The position numbers and the translations under genes were made by a program. The notes beneath the pieces are model-generated. The model saw nothing but the letters and a program-made list of their open reading frames with translations, was not told where the DNA came from and made no database searches. From sequence record KY563228.1: a stretch of 16,271 nucleotides of DNA; one strand, 5' to 3'. Below are positions 6,703 through 12,084 of this stretch, in pieces; positions within the stretch are counted from its first letter, which is position 1; every line of letters begins with the position of its first letter.

Positions 6703-7163
6703 TGAATTTCCACCTCATTTAGTAAATTTAAAATAAAATCAACAATTACCTTACCTTTGTTGGATAATTTATAATATATTCTGGGGTCTGGGCTTACGCT
6801 ATATCTTTGCACTAATCCGAATAATTCTAGTTCATTCAGATACCTCTTGACATACATGCCGTTTGTTTTAGTTAGTTCTTCTATTTTTCTTACATGTAAC
6901 GACCCTTTTCTATATAATAATAGAAGTATCTTTAATTGCTTATCTTCCTTATTATATAAATTATAAAGCGAATAGTGGAAATCGTTAAGCATCTCTAATA
7001 AATTCTTTTGTAGTTTTTTCTTTGGGATAATCTTTATGGATTCTTCTCTCACAACTTCTTCAGTCTCTTCTTCATCCTTAACAACTTCTTCAGTCTCAAC
7101 AACTTCTTCTGTTTCGTTAACTACTTCCTCTTCATCCTTAACAATTTCCTCATCATAATTCAT
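6699..7163 (-). CDS. MarR/ArsR-like winged-helix protein with an acidic repetitive N-terminus (154 aa)
   Basis: C-terminal ILLLLYRKGSLHVRKIEE...VKRYLNELELFGLVQR...RIYYKLSNKGK is a wHTH signature; 21 of the first 42 residues are D/E. Confidence 0.88.
   Translation of the reverse strand: MNYDEEIVKDEEEVVNETEEVVETEEVVKDEEETEEVVREESIKIIPKKKLQKNLLEMLNDFHYSLYNLYNKEDKQLKILLLLYRKGSLHVRKIEELTKTNGMYVKRYLNELELFGLVQRYSVSPDPRIYYKLSNKGKVIVDFILNLLNEVEIQ
7051..7144. repeat. In-frame internal duplications encoding the acidic tail
   Basis: ACAACTTCTTCAGTCTC at 7051-7067 and 7081-7097; TCTTCATCCTTAACAA at 7069-7084 and 7129-7144. Confidence 0.85.
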
Positions 7164-7345
7164 TGCATCACCTCAGCAAATTTTTTCTTAATCTCGTCTT
7201 CATGTTCCTTTAGATAGGACTCTAACGCCTCATTTAGAATTTCCGAGAACGTTACGCCTCTTGTTGACGCAAGAATTTTTCCTTTCAAAAAAAGATCTTC
7301 CTTTATCTTAAGAGTTGTTTTTACATATTTTTCCACTCCACTCAT
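7160..7345 (-). CDS. RHH (CopG-like) transcription regulator, 61 aa from ATG 7345
   Basis: KTTLKIKEDLFLKGKILAST...TFSEILNEALESYL is an RHH pattern; leaderless start about 26 nt below the TATA box; ATGA overlap with the next gene. Confidence 0.85.
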   Translation of the reverse strand: MSGVEKYVKTTLKIKEDLFLKGKILASTRGVTFSEILNEALESYLKEHEDEIKKKFAEVMQ

Positions 7346-7347
7346 CA

Positions 7348-7385
7348 ATTTATCTATCTATCTATCTGACTATATAAATCTTTCT
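7348..7385 (-). promoter_or_regulatory. T5-like early promoter with GATA tandem operator repeats
   Basis: Minus strand AGAAAGATTTATATAGTCAGATAGATAGATAGATAAAT; TATA box at 7371-7378; 34/38 identical to the oppositely oriented promoter at 7868-7905. Confidence 0.85.
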
Positions 7386-7391
7386 GTTCAT

Positions 7392-7574
7392 CTATCTCTC
7401 TTTCTTCAATCTATCGATCTTTTCTAATAATACTTTGAATATCTCGTACGCCTCTTTTGCCTCTTTAGAATCTAGTAAACCTAATATTTTTAGAAACTCA
7501 GCGTAAGGGATAGTTACTGCACTCCCGCCTAAAGCTAGCAGTGTAGATAATAATTCCTTATATTTATTATCTAT
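7392..7574 (-). CDS. Hidden ~60-aa ORF without a canonical start codon (IDNKYKELLSTLLALGG...DRLKKER)
   Basis: Frame is open from 7601 to TAG 7392-7394, fills the gap after e73 and reads as a helical protein. There is no ATG/GTG/TTG near its 5' end; ATA at 7574 is the likely (mutated or non-canonical) start. Confidence 0.55.
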   Translation of the reverse strand: MDNKYKELLSTLLALGGSAVTIPYAEFLKILGLLDSKEAKEAYEIFKVLLEKIDRLKKER

Positions 7575-7575
7575 T

Positions 7576-7797
7576 TCATTTTGCGGGAAAAAACCGCTTA
7601 CCTATTTCATCTATCTTAGGTTTTAATTCGTTAGGTAGTTTTTCCTTATTTTGCATTAGCCATGCTACCACTGCCTCTTCTATTATTTCAGTCATATCTC
7701 TGTTTAAGTATACACTAACTATTTTTAGCGTATGATACACGTCTTCATCAAACGCTAATGTAGTCTTCTTTTTTGTCATCTTTTTACTTTCGACCAA
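7576..7797 (-). CDS. e73: RHH (RH3) regulator, SSV-RH E73 homolog (73 aa)
   Basis: Near-identical to recalled SSV-RH E73 (MVESKK..KKKTTLAFDEDVYHTLK...KRFFPAK); TTG start with GGGGA upstream. Confidence 0.93.
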   Translation of the reverse strand: MVESKKMTKKKTTLAFDEDVYHTLKIVSVYLNRDMTEIIEEAVVAWLMQNKEKLPNELKPKIDEIGKRFFPAK

Positions 7798-7829
7798 GTC
7801 TCTGTCCCCACAGATTATTTAGAGAATTG

Positions 7830-7845
7830 TCTTATATATCTATGT
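7830..7845 (-). promoter_or_regulatory. Candidate promoter for e73
   Basis: ATATATAA at 7832-7839 on the minus strand, preceded by purine-rich GAAAGAC, about 35-42 nt above TTG 7797. Confidence 0.5.
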
Positions 7846-7850
7846 CTTTC

Positions 7851-7911
7851 TTGATAGATTGATAGATAGAAAAATTTATATACTCAGATTGATAGATTGA
7901 TAAATAGAGGG
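7851..7911 (+). promoter_or_regulatory. T6-like early promoter with GATA/GATT repeats
   Basis: TTTATATA at 7875-7882 after BRE-like GAAAAA; GATTGATA at 7857, 7887 and 7895; SD GAGGG at 7907-7911. Confidence 0.85.
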
Positions 7912-7918
7912 TCAAAAA

Positions 7919-8233
7919 ATGTTTGAACCCCAAACTAAGGAATTGTTTGAAGAAGAGATTAATCTGAATTTTTTTATTCAAGTGACAAAAGTCACAACTC
8001 AATCCTTCTCATATCACAAGTTATATGCAAAAATAAAGGACATGAAAAACGAAGGGACTGAAATCACTTATCAATACTTAAGTCCGGATGAAATTAAAGT
8101 AGCTACAATCTTAAAGCAGATTGCAAAATTGTACGACTTATATAAAAATACAAATAATGATGATCTAATCAAAGGCGCAAGAGAAGAAATTCTAAAGTTA
8201 ATAACATTGTTGATCTGGAACATATATCATTAA
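7919..8233 (+). CDS. a100: Probable SSV1 A100 homolog (104 aa)
   Basis: First gene of the T6-like operon; MxxPQT start and KLYDLY...DDLIK..EEIL tail resemble recalled A100. Confidence 0.75.
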   Translation: MFEPQTKELFEEEINLNFFIQVTKVTTQSFSYHKLYAKIKDMKNEGTEITYQYLSPDEIKVATILKQIAKLYDLYKNTNNDDLIKGAREEILKLITLLIWNIYH

Positions 8234-8252
8234 TCATTAGAGGTGAGAGCGA

Positions 8253-8606
8253 ATGATAAGAATGGAAGAAAAAGGTGACAAGGTCTACATATACGTTAAA
8301 GATGAGGATAACGAAATAGAGCCTATTGAGTGGACAGTAATCGTTAACAAACCAGATTTCGAGTGGTGTGTGAAGAAAAAGGAGGAGGCGGGATATGAAG
8401 ACCCAGTAGGATCGGCAATGTTAGACTATGCTATAAGCGATAATTGTTTCATCCCTAAAAAGGAAACACCTAGGGAAAAGGCAATGAAGATATTTAATAA
8501 CATCATCTTGGAAATAGTACAAGGTAGTGACGATGAAATAAAGGTTTTAGAGGAGTTAAAAGACGTTATCAACGATTACATTTTTGCTTACAGTGGTGAT
8601 GAGTAA
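8253..8606 (+). CDS. Acidic hypothetical protein (117 aa)
   Basis: SD GAGGTGA at 8240-8246; lies within the operon; no homolog recognised. Confidence 0.8.
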   Translation: MIRMEEKGDKVYIYVKDEDNEIEPIEWTVIVNKPDFEWCVKKKEEAGYEDPVGSAMLDYAISDNCFIPKKETPREKAMKIFNNIILEIVQGSDDEIKVLEELKDVINDYIFAYSGDE

Positions 8607-8786
8607 ATGAATATTAGATCATTATATAGGCTTTCATTGGCTATAGAGAATCTATTAGATGATATTGCAGATGGGAATGTTGATGACGAGAATGAAGTAT
8701 TAGAGATTCTTCTTGACGCTAAACGTCTAACAGATTTGCTTTCTCAAGAGTTGAATAATTATATCATGAGGGTGACAAAGGGATGA
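8607..8786 (+). CDS. Acidic helical 59-aa protein missed by the ORF track (MNIRSLYRLSLAIENLLDDIADG...MRVTKG)
   Basis: ATG directly follows the upstream TAA; GGTGA at 8595-8599; ATGA overlap with c80; fills the gap exactly. Confidence 0.8.
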   Translation: MNIRSLYRLSLAIENLLDDIADGNVDDENEVLEILLDAKRLTDLLSQELNNYIMRVTKG

Positions 8787-8980
8787 AGGTAAGAGTAGAG
8801 TACATTAAACTCCCGAAATCTTATGGTAGTCGTAAGGATTGGGGCATGGATATAATTTCATTCAGATTACCGCCTGAAATGAATGCAAAATTAGAAAAAA
8901 TAGCCCACAAAAAGAGGATTTCAAAAAGTGAGTTGATCAGAATGGCGATAGTTGAGTATATTTCAAATCATGGGGAATGA
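8783..8980 (+). CDS. c80: RHH regulator, SSV1 C80 homolog (65 aa)
   Basis: MKVRVEYIKLP start and IISFRLPPEMNAKLE...SKSELIRMAI RHH. Confidence 0.92.
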   Translation: MKVRVEYIKLPKSYGSRKDWGMDIISFRLPPEMNAKLEKIAHKKRISKSELIRMAIVEYISNHGE

Positions 8981-9222
8981 GAATGTATAGATGTCCAATT
9001 TGTGGTTTCACAACTATTCGATTATTCGCATTAAAACAACACACACGAAGGAACCATGTGCTAACTAAGTGTCCAGTGTGTAAGAATTCATACATAAGGC
9101 TCAATCAACACCTTTACACTAAATATGATATCGAACATCTCATGTATTGCTATCTATTCTCTACTTACAAGTTACCTAAAAACGTTATGTTGGCAATCAA
9201 ACGCAAATTAGAGGTGGAATAA
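8977..9222 (+). CDS. a79: C2H2 zinc-finger protein, SSV1 A79 homolog (81 aa)
   Basis: CPICG...HTRRNH and CPVC...H motifs; conserved LAIKRKLEVE tail. Confidence 0.95.
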   Translation: MRMYRCPICGFTTIRLFALKQHTRRNHVLTKCPVCKNSYIRLNQHLYTKYDIEHLMYCYLFSTYKLPKNVMLAIKRKLEVE

Positions 9223-9224
9223 TA

Positions 9225-9533
9225 GTGTATCTAAACGAAACTTTACTAGATATAATATTATATTATGGTTTTCAGTTCAATGACTATTGGACAACAATAT
9301 TAGGTGTCAATCTTGGCGGAAGAGAAGTAAATTTTGTAGCAAAGTTGTTTATGAAAAACAGATTAACATTAGCGATCTATAAATTTGATCTCGCCACAGT
9401 TGCTCTATTATTAGCTTTTATGTTAAATGACGTAAAAATGATACAAACGTTTTTACTTATTGTTGATGTTGTTGAATGTCTTGTAACGCTAAACAATACT
9501 CTTACGATATATAGACATAAGGTGAGACGATGA
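9225..9533 (+). CDS. c102b: Membrane protein, probable SSV1 C102b homolog (102 aa)
   Basis: YYGFQFNDYWTT and DVVECLVTLNNTLTI match the recalled SSV protein; GTG start with SD GAGGTGG. Confidence 0.8.
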   Translation: MYLNETLLDIILYYGFQFNDYWTTILGVNLGGREVNFVAKLFMKNRLTLAIYKFDLATVALLLAFMLNDVKMIQTFLLIVDVVECLVTLNNTLTIYRHKVRR

Positions 9534-10147
9534 GTAGATTATTAAACATATTATATAATTATGAAATAGTGTCACAAAACGACACAAAGACTATATGGGT
9601 TACAGAGCTATCGCGGTGTCTAAGACGTTCGTATTTAATGAGGAAGGAAGGCAAAACGAAAGTTGGTTTAAACGAAGCAATGAAGATGCACATCGGTACG
9701 GGTCTACACATGCGTTTACAGAGCTTATTAAGAAAGCACGGTTTTGAGACTGAGGTGAGAGTACAAAGGAAGACTGCTTTGGGTTTTCAAATTGTAGGTA
9801 GGATAGATGTTTACGATAAGGAAGAGAACACAATATATGAGCTGAAATACACGCATAACGACAAATTGGATAGCGTTAGGTTAAACAACTACTTGCGTCA
9901 GCTGAATTATTATATAGAAATGGCTAACGCAATGAAGGGGTACTTAGTCATTGTGCATGCCGATGGCTCAGTTGAAGAAATTAAGAGGGATTGGGCAGAA
10001 ACGGATTTGGAAAAGCGTACAAACGTCTACGGGATCTATGTTGACGAGAACATACTACCACCTAAGAAACCTAAACCTGATAATGAATGCATTGAGTGTC
10101 CATTTTACAACTTCTGTTGGGGGAATAGGAATGGAGTCAGGCAGTGA
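9530..10147 (+). CDS. cas4: Cas4-like RecB-family nuclease with four Fe-S cysteines (205 aa)
   Basis: VTELSRCLRR (Cys1), HIGTGLH, GRID...YELK, QLNYY and C-terminal CIECPFYNFC (CxxC-x5-C). Confidence 0.92.
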   Translation: MSRLLNILYNYEIVSQNDTKTIWVTELSRCLRRSYLMRKEGKTKVGLNEAMKMHIGTGLHMRLQSLLRKHGFETEVRVQRKTALGFQIVGRIDVYDKEENTIYELKYTHNDKLDSVRLNNYLRQLNYYIEMANAMKGYLVIVHADGSVEEIKRDWAETDLEKRTNVYGIYVDENILPPKKPKPDNECIECPFYNFCWGNRNGVRQ

Positions 10148-10514
10148 AAGGCACCTGATTTACAAAAGTAACCATAAGGGGATTACTATTCACGTAACTT
10201 TAGAAGAGTTAGAGCGTTACCATTCTCTGACGCCGGAACAGAAAAGAATAATTAGGGCAATAGTCAAAACTTTGATTTATAACCCCCAACTGCTGAACGA
10301 AAGCTCTTATCTTTACAAATTACTGACGAGTAAAGCAGTCTCGCCTTACGTTTGCCCCCTCTGTCTCATGCCCTTTAGTTCCTCAGTTAGTCTGAAACAA
10401 CACATCCGTTATGCTGAACATACGAAAGTTTGCCCAGTATGTGAAAAAGCGTTTCAGAAGACTGACGCACTCTTAGACCATGTTTGCAAAAAACATAATA
10501 TCTGCGTTAGTTAG
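10131..10514 (+). CDS. b129: Double C2H2 zinc-finger protein, SSV1 B129 homolog (127 aa from ATG 10131)
   Basis: CPLC...HIRYAEH and CPVC...HVCKKH. The start was moved from the track's 9951 to ATG 10131 (MESGSERH), with GGGGG upstream. Confidence 0.93.
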   Translation: MESGSERHLIYKSNHKGITIHVTLEELERYHSLTPEQKRIIRAIVKTLIYNPQLLNESSYLYKLLTSKAVSPYVCPLCLMPFSSSVSLKQHIRYAEHTKVCPVCEKAFQKTDALLDHVCKKHNICVS

Positions 10515-10524
10515 GTGGTTTATC

Positions 10525-10857
10525 ATGGATAGGCTAAAGGTCTTATGGTTCATCTTCATTTTAGGTAATATTTATGATGTCGTAATATCGGCAATAGCGT
10601 GGAGGTATGGGGCTATGGAAATAAATCAAACTTTAATTGATTTAGGCTTATGGTATGGTAACACATCGTTTTTTGCAGTAATGGAAGCATTTGTTGGCGT
10701 CAAATTAATACTAATAGTTGGAGTTTATTGGTTCCTAAAATTATTCGAAAAACTTGGAGTTAGTAAGTATGAATGGTTGGGATTGGTACCATTCGCCATT
10801 GAAACAATTTTTGTTTTAATATATGATACTTATAATTTCGTAATGCATCTTTTTTAG
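10525..10857 (+). CDS. Membrane protein (110 aa from ATG 10525), apparent distant paralog of the 9225-9533 protein
   Basis: SD GGTGG at 10514-10518; three hydrophobic segments; motif D-x3-S-x6-G-x2-E-x-N. Confidence 0.8.
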   Translation: MDRLKVLWFIFILGNIYDVVISAIAWRYGAMEINQTLIDLGLWYGNTSFFAVMEAFVGVKLILIVGVYWFLKLFEKLGVSKYEWLGLVPFAIETIFVLIYDTYNFVMHLF

Positions 10858-10871
10858 GCCCTTTATAAAGT
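10858..10871 (+). promoter_or_regulatory. T3-like promoter for the a291-family gene
   Basis: GCCCTTTATAAAGT identical to 5-18; ATG at 10895 (leaderless or very short leader). Confidence 0.85.
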
Positions 10872-10894
10872 TACACTTTCCTTTTTCGCTTACA

Positions 10895-11791
10895 ATGAGG
10901 AAGTCCCTTCTAGCCCTTCTAACTCTATCCCTAGCGTTACTAATGTTGGCAACGCCTACCGGTGCTATATCTGCAAGTCAGTTAGGTGCAAGTCAAATAG
11001 TATTTACGACTAATCAATTCAACTTTGCCGGCGTTTCATATAGCAATGAATGGATTTCAACCTTCTTCCATGGTTGGAACCCAATCGTATATGATGTTGA
11101 GGGTATCTATTTAGGTAACATCTCTTTAGGGTACGTGAACAACCCTACTGGTAATGGCTATAATGAAATATTTATAGGTATAGGGCTTAGTGCATATGCC
11201 ACCGGGACTTTAGGAGGTGCCGGAACACCGGGACAAATTATAAACAATTCAGTGTTGGCGGGCTTATATATTGTAACTACCAGTAGTGGATACTATTATT
11301 ATGTAGGTGCTGAAACATTACAAAATGGTAATCTTATAGTTGCTAAAGATTCATCACCCATAACCGGTTCTCTTCCAATAAGCCTACAAATACAATTATA
11401 TGATGATGGAAACGGAACTGCAACTGCGTATATAACATTATATTATTCATATGGTCTACTGACATATAGTTTCTATGTCCCATATCCTTTTAATCCTAGT
11501 AACGGATATGCATCATATTCTGCACTCACTTTAATTGGTGCGGTATTGCAATTACCATATATTAGTGGAGGGCTAACGAGTTTTGATTTTGTCTACCAAA
11601 GTAACGGGCAAAACTATGAATGGCCGAATCAGATAGCCTCTGGTACTCAGATCATGGCGGGGGTTTATAGCATATCAGGTTCCGTAAACGAGTTGACACA
11701 AGTAAGTTTGTATAACGGTTTCTTAAATAATGGTTTGTGGTCTTACATCTATAATTTTAGTAATCCATATCCTACCACATATGCACTCTAA
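10895..11791 (+). CDS. a291: Secreted A291-family protein (298 aa), candidate killer toxin
   Basis: Conserved signal peptide MRKSLLALLTLSLALL; Y/G/S/N-rich body with sequons NIS, NNS, NGT and NFS; no C-terminal anchor; own promoter. Confidence 0.85.
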   Translation: MRKSLLALLTLSLALLMLATPTGAISASQLGASQIVFTTNQFNFAGVSYSNEWISTFFHGWNPIVYDVEGIYLGNISLGYVNNPTGNGYNEIFIGIGLSAYATGTLGGAGTPGQIINNSVLAGLYIVTTSSGYYYYVGAETLQNGNLIVAKDSSPITGSLPISLQIQLYDDGNGTATAYITLYYSYGLLTYSFYVPYPFNPSNGYASYSALTLIGAVLQLPYISGGLTSFDFVYQSNGQNYEWPNQIASGTQIMAGVYSISGSVNELTQVSLYNGFLNNGLWSYIYNFSNPYPTTYAL

Positions 11792-11798
11792 GGCAAAA

Positions 11799-11818
11799 TT
11801 TTTTATCCTTTCTTTTTT
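11799..11818 (+). terminator. T-rich terminator, possibly also the promoter of the next small gene
   Basis: T6 runs at 11799-11804 and 11813-11818 directly after the a291 stop. Confidence 0.55.
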
Positions 11819-11820
11819 AT

Positions 11821-12045
11821 ATGTTTAATCAAATGCCAACCGAGTCTATAACAAACGTAACAAACGGGTCTATAATACCGATTGTTAAGACTTATAACCC
11901 CTCCCCACCATCGCCGTTTCAAGTGGTTTATGATTACATCCCTACAATAATTCTATCGATAGGAATAACCCTTTTAGTTCTAACAATCTATCTATCACCA
12001 TCCCTCAGAATAACATTAAGAAAATTCTTCGTAAGACGAAAATAG
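11821..12045 (+). CDS. Small single-pass membrane protein (74 aa, or 70 aa from ATG 11833)
   Basis: N-terminal sequons NVT and NGS, Pro-rich linker, TM IPTIILSIGITLLVLTIYL, basic tail RITLRKFFVRRK. Confidence 0.75.
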   Translation: MFNQMPTESITNVTNGSIIPIVKTYNPSPPSPFQVVYDYIPTIILSIGITLLVLTIYLSPSLRITLRKFFVRRK

Positions 12046-12050
12046 ATTAA

Positions 12051-12064
12051 GCCCTTTATAAAGT
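12051..12064 (+). promoter_or_regulatory. Promoter for the vp4 structural operon
   Basis: Third identical GCCCTTTATAAAGT; ATG at 12085. Confidence 0.85.
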
Positions 12065-12084
12065 CACATAATTTTTATCGCTTA

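Noticed and set aside
9600-9833. 77-aa minus-strand ORF
   Set aside because: Antisense to cas4, with no independent signals.
9951-10130. 60-aa N-terminal extension of B129 in the ORF track
   Set aside because: Lies inside cas4 in another frame; homology and RBS point to ATG 10131.
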